A DNA stretch of 64,000 nucleotides from a virus. Lineage: Duplodnaviria; Caudoviricetes. The DNA is taken from the IMG/VR virus record IMGVR_UViG_3300046804_003398, one strand, 5' to 3'. This document shows positions 27,515 through 36,391 of this stretch, piece by piece. A model generated the notes under the pieces. The model was not told the DNA's origin and ran no database searches. It saw only the letters and a program-made list of their open reading frames with translations. How positions within the stretch are numbered: the first letter of the stretch is position 1; each line of letters begins with the position of its first letter. Made by a program: the position numbers and the translations under genes.

Positions 27515-28288
27515 ATGTCAAAATATTGTGACACATCACTGATATATCTAAAATCGATCAACAAATCGGTCGCACGTAACTTGATCGAAAAGAACCACTA
27601 TACACACAAGTGGACCAGTTGTTCTGTAGCATATGGTGTGTATACCAAAGATTATGTTGAAAGCACATTCTTTGGAGGATTCGATAGTAGATTGATTGGT
27701 GTTCTTGTATATGGTAATGCTGTAGGACGTAATTCAAGCACTAGTATAACTCCGTTACTAACCAACGATAACGTGTTTGAATTGACCAGATTGTGGATTG
27801 AAGACGGTCACGGCAGTAACATAGAAAGCTACTGTATAGCAGAAAGTTTCAGATTGTTGAACATGGAGTTTCCTCAAATCAAGTGTATCTTGAGTTATGC
27901 TGACAGTGAAGTGGGTCACGCCGGAACTATTTATCAAGCAACTGGTTTCTTATATCAAGGGGACAATTATGTTGATATAGCACTGATGCCAAATTATAGT
28001 GTTAGTTTGATTGGACCACCCAACTATGATTGGATACACAGTAGAAACGTCTATGGTAGATGGAAAACACACAATGTGGACAAACTCAAGGAACGTATAG
28101 GAAAAACGTTCTGGCGCAAACGTGAGAGTGGCAAACACCGTTATATTAAGTTCATCAGTAACAAGATTGAAAATAAACGGTTGTCAAAGTCACTGATACA
28201 TAAACTGTTACCCTATCCAAAATCAACATCGTTCACAGAACAAATACAAGAAGTTGTGGTGAATAATGACCACAAATTTTTCCAATAA
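27515..28288 (+). CDS. mom: Mom-like (GNAT-fold) DNA adenine modification protein
   Basis: IEKNHY...GVLVYG...FELTRLW...SYADSEVGHAGTIYQATGFLYQG. Confidence 0.7.
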   Translation: MSKYCDTSLIYLKSINKSVARNLIEKNHYTHKWTSCSVAYGVYTKDYVESTFFGGFDSRLIGVLVYGNAVGRNSSTSITPLLTNDNVFELTRLWIEDGHGSNIESYCIAESFRLLNMEFPQIKCILSYADSEVGHAGTIYQATGFLYQGDNYVDIALMPNYSVSLIGPPNYDWIHSRNVYGRWKTHNVDKLKERIGKTFWRKRESGKHRYIKFISNKIENKRLSKSLIHKLLPYPKSTSFTEQIQEVVVNNDHKFFQ

Positions 28289-28319
28289 AAAAACCCACCA
28301 GCCTTTCGACTGGTGGGTT
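28286..28319 (-). terminator. Rho-independent terminator after the major capsid gene
   Basis: 10-bp stem AACCCACCAG/CTGGTGGGTT with a T-tract on the minus strand; lies between convergent genes. Confidence 0.85.
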
Positions 28320-28345
28320 CGTTATCTAATTTAGACTAATCCAAA

Positions 28346-30076
28346 TTATACGGTGTCGAGATCGGCGATCAAGACCTTACCGTAGAACTCAGGACGCACT
28401 ACCTTCTTAGCGTAGCGAGTCATCACACCACGGCGTGGAGTGAAGTTCACTGGATCATAGACCAATGGAGTTTGGATGAGTGGGATGTATGGAGCATACA
28501 CAGCACCAGTCTCCAAGAAGTTGCTACCACGGAAACCAACGAGGATAGCATTATCGGTCATGTATGGGTTCTTGTAAACTTGGAAGCGACTTGCGAAGCT
28601 ACCAACACGGCTTACACCCATTGCGAACTTAGCTTGGTCACCGTCAGTGTTCACAACATATCCTGGGATTGACTCCAAGATGGTTGCTACGTCTGGCGAA
28701 CATACCAAGAAGTTTGCGCCACCACGTAGAGTCAATTGGTGAATCTTGTTAGAGACCTTTTGGATCTTGTTACCAAGAGTTTGGAACCAAGTGCTCTTTA
28801 CGTAAGCGGTGCGGTTTGGTGAAGCGTTAACAACACGGGTGAACGAAGCCACATCGGTGGTGTTGTTTACAGTCTTGGTGAACTCAGTTCCGATTTGGGC
28901 AGACCAAGCTTCGGTAGTTACACCAGTGACAGACTCGTTCAACATGTCGAGGATTTCGAGGTCGATTTCCATCGAAACATACTCACTCAAGAGAGCAGTA
29001 AGTTCTGCTTCTGCATCAATAGAGTGATATGCGTTCAAGTCTTGAGCCAATTCTGGGGTCCAGACAGCCTTCAACTTACGGGTCTTAGCAACGATTGGTT
29101 CGCTCTTAAGTTCCAAGTTGACTTCTGGGATCTTGATATCAGTGCCGATAGATTGGGTATAGACGTTGTTAGCAACACCAGAACCTTCACCAGCGGTCTT
29201 ACCGTCTTCAAAGTCACCACGGAGGTTGTCCGAAGGTTGAACTGTGTAGTTCAAACGTGCAGTAGTAGATGGAGCAGCAGCACCAGCAGATTGACTTACG
29301 AACAAGTTAATTTGATAGTATGGGTTTGCCAAGCTACCAGTGTTAACTGCGGTTGCGTAAGTGTTCAATACAGTGTAAGCTACACCAGAACTCTTTTGAA
29401 CACCGAAAGAACGCACTGCGTTCAAGTCAACGTTCCAGAGGTTACCGGAACCTGGCTTTGCTTCGGTGTTGTCATCAAGGTTAAAGGTAATCTTGTAGAC
29501 ACCTGGAACATTGTTAGAACCGTTAACGGAAGCACTGAAAGCAGAATCGAATTGTAGATCGTTCCAGCTTGCGGTAGCTACGAGAACAGTTGCGTTGGAG
29601 CTAGAGACGGTGCGCTCAGAATAAGCATAGCGTCCTTGGCCATAGAGACCATTTACAGCAGCATCAGTAGAACCGAGCTTCTTTTGGTTACCACCGAACA
29701 AGCTTTCGCCTGCAGTGTGTCCCAATTGAGTGCCGGAACCATACTTGAAGTCGAGATAGAAGATAAGACCGCTTGGGAGGTTCATTGGTTGAACCGAAAC
29801 GAACTCCTTAGCAGCGATCTCAGCAAATACACGACGGACCAATGGAAGAGCAACGCCTGCCCATTGTTCACTGTTTGCACTAGTTCCAGTTGTTGAAGCT
29901 TCGTCCAACAATTGCTTTGCTTGGTTTTCCAAGAGGATTGACATGTGTGCCTTTTCAACACCGGTGGTGTTTTCGAGAAGACCTGTCTTTTCCCACTTGT
30001 TTTGAAGACCACGGGTTTCAGCCATTAGCTTAGCCTGTGGATTCATATTATTTGTTAGTAGACTCTTTACGTCCAT
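28346..30076 (-). CDS. gp23: Major capsid protein
   Basis: ALPLVRRVF...VSVQPMNLPSGLIFYLDF, IVAKTRKLKAVWTPELAQDLNAYHSIDAEAELT, YAPYIPL, FTPRRGVMTRYA. Confidence 0.95.
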   Translation of the reverse strand: MDVKSLLTNNMNPQAKLMAETRGLQNKWEKTGLLENTTGVEKAHMSILLENQAKQLLDEASTTGTSANSEQWAGVALPLVRRVFAEIAAKEFVSVQPMNLPSGLIFYLDFKYGSGTQLGHTAGESLFGGNQKKLGSTDAAVNGLYGQGRYAYSERTVSSSNATVLVATASWNDLQFDSAFSASVNGSNNVPGVYKITFNLDDNTEAKPGSGNLWNVDLNAVRSFGVQKSSGVAYTVLNTYATAVNTGSLANPYYQINLFVSQSAGAAAPSTTARLNYTVQPSDNLRGDFEDGKTAGEGSGVANNVYTQSIGTDIKIPEVNLELKSEPIVAKTRKLKAVWTPELAQDLNAYHSIDAEAELTALLSEYVSMEIDLEILDMLNESVTGVTTEAWSAQIGTEFTKTVNNTTDVASFTRVVNASPNRTAYVKSTWFQTLGNKIQKVSNKIHQLTLRGGANFLVCSPDVATILESIPGYVVNTDGDQAKFAMGVSRVGSFASRFQVYKNPYMTDNAILVGFRGSNFLETGAVYAPYIPLIQTPLVYDPVNFTPRRGVMTRYAKKVVRPEFYGKVLIADLDTV

Positions 30077-30122
30077 AATATTATTTTCCTATCTTTTGGT
30101 TTGTTAATTACTCGCAAACAAA

Positions 30123-31223
30123 TTACTTCTTGATTCCTGCGAGCTTTTGGAATCTTGAAGCCATCACATCAGCTTGAGGTTCTACAATCGTAGAGTCAGG
30201 CTTTGTGCTGGATACTGGTTTGCTTGCCAAACCTTCGGTGATAGTTGAGACAGTCGCATTTGACTTTTTCTTGGCGACTGATCCACCGGCATTAAATGAT
30301 TCGGCCAAAACTGTGTATGCCAATTTGATTTCACGCAATGTCTTGGTGAGATCAAATGTGTTGATGACCTTCAACTTTTGGTCTTCGGTCAAATTCTTAC
30401 CCTTGAAGATCTTGTTGGTATAAAGCAACTTAGCATTCAAGAGATTGGTTTCTTCAAGAACACCCTTCAAATACTTCACAGTATCTTGATGTTCCTTCAA
30501 TTGATTCTTCAATGCTTCGTTTTCTTCATTGATTGCAACAAGTGCTTCTGCCATTTCTTCAGCAGTCACATCCTCTTCATAAGTGTCTTCTTCCATTGGA
30601 GAAGGAACTTGTCCAGCAACTGGTGCTACTGGAGCTTGAGGAACTACTGGAGCAGCTGGTGCTGCTACTGCGGCAGCTGCTGGATCAGCAACTGGGGCAA
30701 CTGGAGCAGCTGGTGCTTGACCATCTTCTTCCAATTCAGCGAGAAGTTCATCAAGATCAACAACTTCTTCTTCAGAAGCTTGTTCTTCTTCAGCTACAAC
30801 TTCATGCTTCTCTTCCTTTTCCTCTTCGCCGTCTTCCTTCTTACCTTCTTGTTCCAACTCAGCAAGAATCTCATCCAACTCTTCGCTGGTGATTTCTTCG
30901 CCTTCTTCAAGAGTTGCGTCGAACTCTTGCTTTCCAGCTGGAGTGGTGTTTTTCTTTGCTGCAGTAGAAGGTTGGGTTGGGTGTTGCTTAGAAGCAATAT
31001 TGCTGTCATCCTTACCGATGCCAGAAGATGCAAGCTTCTCTTCGATCTTGCCTTCCTCTTCCTTACCTTCTTGTTCTTGTTCTGATTCTTCCTTGAGCTT
31101 CTCTGCGAACATTTCTTTCATGCTCTTTGCGAAGTTTTCCTCAAGAAAGGTTTTTGCATTAGCAATTGCAGTTTCACGAACTGCCTTTGCGTCTGCGATG
31201 CTTTCCTTTAATAGATCGCTCAT
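30123..31223 (-). CDS. gp22: Prohead core scaffold protein
   Basis: Acidic coiled coil, MSDLLKESIADAKAVRETAIANAK, NLLNAKLLYTNK; directly upstream of the capsid gene; AGGAAAGG SD before ATG 31223. Confidence 0.8.
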   Translation of the reverse strand: MSDLLKESIADAKAVRETAIANAKTFLEENFAKSMKEMFAEKLKEESEQEQEGKEEEGKIEEKLASSGIGKDDSNIASKQHPTQPSTAAKKNTTPAGKQEFDATLEEGEEITSEELDEILAELEQEGKKEDGEEEKEEKHEVVAEEEQASEEEVVDLDELLAELEEDGQAPAAPVAPVADPAAAAVAAPAAPVVPQAPVAPVAGQVPSPMEEDTYEEDVTAEEMAEALVAINEENEALKNQLKEHQDTVKYLKGVLEETNLLNAKLLYTNKIFKGKNLTEDQKLKVINTFDLTKTLREIKLAYTVLAESFNAGGSVAKKKSNATVSTITEGLASKPVSSTKPDSTIVEPQADVMASRFQKLAGIKK

Positions 31224-31319
31224 ATTAATTTTACCTTTCCTATGTTGTTTTGTGAAGTTATTGGAGAACTCCAAAGAAGATTTAAATTCCGTGGCATCAA
31301 AGACATTGACGCATTTGAT

Positions 31320-31368
31320 AATAAATATAATTTAAATTTGGAAAATGGCAATTTTTTTGATATTTATA
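31320..31368. promoter_or_regulatory. Back-to-back TATTTAT(A/T) motifs for divergent transcription
   Basis: Minus-strand TATTTATT at 31327-31320 (scaffold/capsid) and plus-strand TATTTATA at 31361-31368 (5 nt before ATG 31374). Confidence 0.65.
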
Positions 31369-31373
31369 GATGT

Positions 31374-31979
31374 ATGCCAGCAAAATCTGAAAAACAAGCA
31401 CGATATTTTAGACTCGTTAGAGCAGTTCAAAAAGGTGATGTTCCTGCAAAGGACGTATCTAAGGACTTGAGAAAGACTGCGAAAAGTATGTCACCAAAAG
31501 CTGTAAAAGATTTCACCAAGTTGAAAGAGTTACTAAAGAATTTGAGCGAATCGGAGTTCAGTTCTGCAAAAATGCAAGAAGTTCCAGATAAAACATTGGA
31601 TGATGTATTGAGAGAAAACTCGGGTGTGAAGTTTGATAAAGAAGAACTTCTAACATTCCAAAACAAACAAAATGGTTTTGGTGGTTTTGGTAAAGCAAAC
31701 TTTGTTCATAAAAAGAGTAGCAACGAAATCAAAGCAAATATCACTAGTAATGAATCAAACAAAGATTATGTGTTTAAGAAACTAGTGAATAACCAAAACC
31801 CAGGCTTATACAACTACGGTTGCTTTATTGGTATCACACCATCTAAACAAAGTGATAACCCAGAAGATAACAAAGAAAAAGTAGTCTACATGTTGAGTAG
31901 TATCTTCGATAATGATGGTGAAGAAAAAAACAAAATATTAGCAGACTTCATTGATAGAATTAATTCATATGGACTATAA
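31374..31979 (+). CDS. Hypothetical protein
   Basis: MPAKSEKQARYFRLV... start follows TATTTATA; the longer ORF-track start overlaps the scaffold leader. Confidence 0.7.
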   Translation: MPAKSEKQARYFRLVRAVQKGDVPAKDVSKDLRKTAKSMSPKAVKDFTKLKELLKNLSESEFSSAKMQEVPDKTLDDVLRENSGVKFDKEELLTFQNKQNGFGGFGKANFVHKKSSNEIKANITSNESNKDYVFKKLVNNQNPGLYNYGCFIGITPSKQSDNPEDNKEKVVYMLSSIFDNDGEEKNKILADFIDRINSYGL

Positions 31980-32328
31980 AAACCTATATGCTCAAGTTAA
32001 ATTGGGCAATTTCCTAAACAAGGGTGGAGCTGAAACTGACTCTCCAAAATACAAGTTGATTGACATCGATCACCCAAACGGTTGGAGTTTCAATGAAATT
32101 GAGACCCTTGGTGATATGGGATTCAAGATCGACAATGACACTGATATGGTGTGTGAAGTAGAAGTGCCTACTTTAGAAATGATGGAAGAAAAAGTTCCAG
32201 TCAAGGTTTATAAAGACGAAGACGGATATGTTCTTGAAACTACCCGTCGTCATGTTTTTGAAACTTTTAAGAAGATGATCGAATTTATTGATTCGATCCC
32301 AACAGATCCTAAGCTAAAAGCAAGATAA
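31969..32328 (+). CDS. Acidic hypothetical protein
   Basis: ORF overlapping the previous stop. Confidence 0.6.
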   Translation: MDYKNLYAQVKLGNFLNKGGAETDSPKYKLIDIDHPNGWSFNEIETLGDMGFKIDNDTDMVCEVEVPTLEMMEEKVPVKVYKDEDGYVLETTRRHVFETFKKMIEFIDSIPTDPKLKAR

Positions 32329-32330
32329 TA

Positions 32331-32495
32331 TTATCTTTGTGTTGATTGAATCATGGTCTGTGTCTTAAACGCAGACCAATATACTTTACCAATAACAGCT
32401 AATGTAGTTATAACCGCCAAGATGTTTTTGTGGTCTACAATCCAATATCCTACACCATAAGACCAACACCAGGCTTCAAGCAAAAACATTTTCAT
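32331..32495 (-). CDS. Small membrane protein
   Basis: MKMFLLEAWCWSYGVGYWIVDHKNILAVITTLAVIGKVYW; hydrophobic. Confidence 0.45.
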   Translation of the reverse strand: MKMFLLEAWCWSYGVGYWIVDHKNILAVITTLAVIGKVYWSAFKTQTMIQSTQR

Positions 32496-32502
32496 ACCAA
32501 TC

Positions 32503-33018
32503 TTACTTCTGTGATTGATAAGGTGGTTGTTGATGTGGTTGCGTAACTGGTTGTGCGCCAGGAATCTCAGAGTTTTCCAAAGCATTGATACTTACTGAAT
32601 CTGGTCTACCTTGAACTTGATATGCTTGTGGAGTTTCGTTGATTGGATCAGCAATCTCAAAATAACGTTCCAACTTCAAACCGATTTCTTCATAAAGCAT
32701 TTCAAGAGTATGTTCTACACTCTTGATCTTGTTTGCTTCCTCATACAACTTACCAGCAAGCTTCTTGACTTCTTTCATGTCACGTTCAACCATCTTTGCT
32801 TCCATCCACTCACCACACTCTTTAATAGCATAACGTTCAGCCAAATTGACTGCTTCCATAATCTTAGAAGCGGTAGAATACACACAGTCAGCTTTGAGAC
32901 TCTTACGATATTCGTTGTAAGCCTTTACTGTTTCACGAAGTTTGACCTTCTCTTCTTTTGTAAGAGGAGAATAAGCGGTTTCTGTGGAATTCTCTACTAG
33001 ATGTCTTAGCTTTATCAT
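32503..33018 (-). CDS. Helical hypothetical protein
   Basis: MIKLRHLVEN...; ATG 4 nt after TATTTATT. Confidence 0.7.
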   Translation of the reverse strand: MIKLRHLVENSTETAYSPLTKEEKVKLRETVKAYNEYRKSLKADCVYSTASKIMEAVNLAERYAIKECGEWMEAKMVERDMKEVKKLAGKLYEEANKIKSVEHTLEMLYEEIGLKLERYFEIADPINETPQAYQVQGRPDSVSINALENSEIPGAQPVTQPHQQPPYQSQK

Positions 33019-33056
33019 ATACAATAAATATAGTTAAAATTGTGATTCTGTCTCAA

Positions 33057-33755
33057 TTATTTTCTTATTAATACGCCAAAACCCAAGAAGTCTTCTTTCC
33101 AAGGTTTTTGATCTGGCAAATATTGTTGTGTAAATTCAATGTAGTCAAATCGAGCATCATTCTTTACCTCATTCCACACATTGACTACACCCAAACCTTT
33201 GTGGGAAATATCATGGAATACGATATACTTGGTATTTGGATTGTTTTCAAATAGTCTATAATCTGAATAACACCCTTCATATGTATGATCTCCATCAATA
33301 AAGACTATATCAATAACAGTATTGTCTACAAACTCTTTGAACTGTGGAGAACTACTATTTTGTGCCAAATGTGTATAGTTACAATACTGATCATACTCAG
33401 TCAATATATCAGACTTTGATGACAGATCACATGAAAACAACTTGATAGAAGGATTGTTTTTCTTCAATACTTCTGAAACAACGATAAAGTTACCACCCCA
33501 TCTAACACCAATTTCCAAATATGATTTAACGTTTAAAGTCTGCAACCATTTGATATAAGGTGCGAGTTGAATCGGATATTGCCACACTTTTATACCCTTA
33601 CCAAAATACTCACTTAAATGTGTGGGCTGTTCTTCTGTTACTTCATCATTGAGACCAAATGTAGGAATTACGTCTGTCAATTGACCTACTGACAATGTAT
33701 CAAACTCAGAGTTATGAATAAAATCAATCGTCTCTTTTAATGATTTGACAGACAT
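33057..33755 (-). CDS. Class I SAM-dependent methyltransferase (Methyltransf_24-like)
   Basis: YLEIGVRWGG, VFIDGDHTYEG, IVFHDI. Confidence 0.8.
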   Translation of the reverse strand: MSVKSLKETIDFIHNSEFDTLSVGQLTDVIPTFGLNDEVTEEQPTHLSEYFGKGIKVWQYPIQLAPYIKWLQTLNVKSYLEIGVRWGGNFIVVSEVLKKNNPSIKLFSCDLSSKSDILTEYDQYCNYTHLAQNSSSPQFKEFVDNTVIDIVFIDGDHTYEGCYSDYRLFENNPNTKYIVFHDISHKGLGVVNVWNEVKNDARFDYIEFTQQYLPDQKPWKEDFLGFGVLIRK

Positions 33756-33760
33756 ACTAC

Positions 33761-34369
33761 TTACAACTCCGAGATGATATCATGAATGATCTTCTCAATA
33801 TTAGAATAAGGATTGATGATTCTATTTCCAGAAGGATTTACACTTTCAGTGATCTTTCCTTGTGGATACATGAATGCACCTTGAGTAGAAGGATTACTTA
33901 CAAAATCAAATGCGATCAAGTCAAAATCATCTTGAACCACATCGGCACCTTCTCTCATATCTTTCTTAACACTACCCAAACCACGGCTACTGATACCCAA
34001 TAGAATACCAGCCTTGAGAAGATCCTTAAGAATGTTACCACTTGGAGTTGGAAGAATTTCTACAGTTCCAACCAAATCATCACCATCCCAACCCATGTCT
34101 ACGATGTTATGACTGACATTCTTCAAGTTAACAACAGAAGACTCTGGATGGTCAAGTTCACCCATGGCACGACGTTGCTTAACAAAGTTGTCCATGTATT
34201 TAGTAGCTTCACGCTCTAAAATTTCTTTTGGATAAATTCTACCATTTTGATTCTTTGCTTCAGCACGTTGTAATGTGCCGGTCACAAGAAGTTTACCACT
34301 ACTCAACGATTCGTTAAGTGCGGTCTTTTTGAATTCAAATGGTAATACGTCAATTAATACTGTTTTCAT
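33761..34369 (-). CDS. gp21: Prohead core protease
   Basis: AEAKNQNGRIYP, GELDHP, LKNVSH, GISSRGLGS, FDFVSNPS. Confidence 0.92.
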   Translation of the reverse strand: MKTVLIDVLPFEFKKTALNESLSSGKLLVTGTLQRAEAKNQNGRIYPKEILEREATKYMDNFVKQRRAMGELDHPESSVVNLKNVSHNIVDMGWDGDDLVGTVEILPTPSGNILKDLLKAGILLGISSRGLGSVKKDMREGADVVQDDFDLIAFDFVSNPSTQGAFMYPQGKITESVNPSGNRIINPYSNIEKIIHDIISEL

Positions 34370-34370
34370 A

Positions 34371-35480
34371 TTAAGCTGGTGGGGCTGGTTGTGCCTCAGG
34401 TTTTTCTTCTGGTTTAGCTGGTTGTTGTTTTGAAGTTACAACATTAGATGCTCCAGCAGAAGTTTGTTGTGATGGATCAACCAATGCTTTTGATTTAGCA
34501 ATTTGATACTTGTCTCTTTGCTTTACATCGGCTGGGCCCAAAATCTTAATCTTGAACCCAGGCTTTACAAAGAACTTGGCTGCCTTTTGTTTACTTTCTT
34601 CACGGCCAAGAATAATGATTACATATCGATCATAATAGTAATCAATTTGAACTCCAGTAACATTGATTGTATAATCGGTTTCTGGTTGTTTGTATCCCTT
34701 ACTAGCACGAACCACAATCTTTTTATTTAAAATTTGATCTTGAATCTTCTTTTGAAGTTCCAATTTGGTCTGTTCAGTTGCATCCTTCAACTTGGTGTCA
34801 AACTGAGTAAAGTCTGGTTGAATGTCATATGATTGAACATTAACAGCTGGTTCCGCTTGTTGAGGAGCAGCTTGTTGTTGAGGTTGAGCTGGAGCAGGTT
34901 GTTGACCAGCTTCGGCTTCTCTTGTTAGAAACCTAGAAGCACGATATCCCTCAATAATCTTCTTTACAGAATTACGTTGTTCTGTAGTTGGAAGAGTTGT
35001 TTGTGTCTTGCCTGCCAAACCTGGATCTAATTCTGGATCACCATGTTGAACCAATCCATTTTTATCTTTATATGTTGATACTGGTTCAATGTTTTGTGCT
35101 GGTGTCACATATGCTGGTTCACTATACATTTGGTTTTCCAAAGCATATCCAGGACTTTTCTTGACTGGCTTAGCCAACTTAAAACCAAGTTGTGTTGCAG
35201 CTCTAACATTTCCAGGCCCTTTACGAGAAAAGGCAAATGGAGTCATGTAAGCACCCGCAGCACTACTGGTGGATGCTTCATTCTTATTCTTTAATTGGTC
35301 CTTGACTTTTTTTTCGACACTTGCTTTCACGGCTGGTGTAAGCTTATTAGCATGTGCTTGTAGCCACGCATGATATTGCGCCTTATCAATACGTGCCAAT
35401 TCACTATCACGATACAATTGAGCGTATTTTTTTACAATATCTCTAAATGGATCGCCTGATTCTTTAAGAAGCTTTTTCAT
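34371..35480 (-). CDS. Hypothetical protein in the head cluster, Q/P/A-rich linkers
   Basis: ORF between portal-proximal genes and the protease; starts MKKLLKES. Confidence 0.65.
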   Translation of the reverse strand: MKKLLKESGDPFRDIVKKYAQLYRDSELARIDKAQYHAWLQAHANKLTPAVKASVEKKVKDQLKNKNEASTSSAAGAYMTPFAFSRKGPGNVRAATQLGFKLAKPVKKSPGYALENQMYSEPAYVTPAQNIEPVSTYKDKNGLVQHGDPELDPGLAGKTQTTLPTTEQRNSVKKIIEGYRASRFLTREAEAGQQPAPAQPQQQAAPQQAEPAVNVQSYDIQPDFTQFDTKLKDATEQTKLELQKKIQDQILNKKIVVRASKGYKQPETDYTINVTGVQIDYYYDRYVIIILGREESKQKAAKFFVKPGFKIKILGPADVKQRDKYQIAKSKALVDPSQQTSAGASNVVTSKQQPAKPEEKPEAQPAPPA

Positions 35481-36336
35481 CAGCAAGTTTGTTCAATTCT
35501 TCTATCAACTCATAAGCACTCAAAAGAGGAGTCAATTGATTCTCCTTTACAATGCCTGTCAGTGTTTTGTTTGAAAGCTGAGCAATCGTTTCGTTAAGTT
35601 TGATCTTGATAATATCACTCTTAACCAAAATCGATCTTTCCTTGAGAAGGTCAGCAACCTTCTTGTATTCATTATTAACAAATTCAGTAAACTTGTTAGT
35701 GTTGGAAACGTTTGTAATAAATTCCTTCAACAATACCTTTTGAGCAGGCAACAAAGAAGAATACTTTTTGTTGAAGTTTTCGATCAAGAACTTATATGCG
35801 AGTAACTTCACTTCGGCTGGTTGAGAACTATATACATCCAAAGCTTGTTCTTCGTTCTTCTTTTCTCTTGTCAAACTTTCTACTACACACTCTCTTGCTT
35901 CCAAAATTTCTTCTACATCAAACTTAACTTCATCAGCTCCTTGGTTTTCAAACAACTTGTATACCGAGGCATAAAGTTTATAGTTTGGAATTTTATTTTT
36001 TAGAAATTCATCGATGTTGAACTGCTCCTTGATTTCTTTGATGAGGTTGTATTTTTCGGAGTTCAATTCACGTTCATTTAGTTTTGAACGAGTTTGTAAT
36101 ACTACGTTCAAAATACGATCAGCAGACTCGGCATTTTTAGAAGATTGACTTACTATAAAATTGTATAGTTGAAATTCTTTTCCGAGCGCAGTGCTTTCGT
36201 TAAAATATTTGAACATCAAATTCTTGGTGAACGATTCGTCACGACCTGCCAATATATCTGCGGTAATCTGTCGCGTGAGCAACTCAAACAATACTCCGCT
36301 ATTCTTAAACTTAGAATGTTTAGCTTTTTTGCGCAT
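35464..36336 (-). CDS. Helical hypothetical protein in the head cluster
   Basis: MRKKAKHSKFKNSGVLFELLTRQITAD...; follows portal. Confidence 0.7.
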   Translation of the reverse strand: MRKKAKHSKFKNSGVLFELLTRQITADILAGRDESFTKNLMFKYFNESTALGKEFQLYNFIVSQSSKNAESADRILNVVLQTRSKLNERELNSEKYNLIKEIKEQFNIDEFLKNKIPNYKLYASVYKLFENQGADEVKFDVEEILEARECVVESLTREKKNEEQALDVYSSQPAEVKLLAYKFLIENFNKKYSSLLPAQKVLLKEFITNVSNTNKFTEFVNNEYKKVADLLKERSILVKSDIIKIKLNETIAQLSNKTLTGIVKENQLTPLLSAYELIEELNKLADEKAS

Positions 36337-36391
36337 ATAGTTCTCTATTATTTATAAATATATTGAAATTTGGAAAATCATCGGATTTATA

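Noticed and set aside
28895-29557. 220-aa plus-strand ORF (and similar ones at 1325-1963 and 30378-31085)
   Set aside because: Antisense to clearly identified capsid, polymerase and scaffold genes; explained by codon bias.
32331-32495. Holin call for the small membrane ORF
   Set aside because: Hydrophobicity only; no endolysin nearby in the window.
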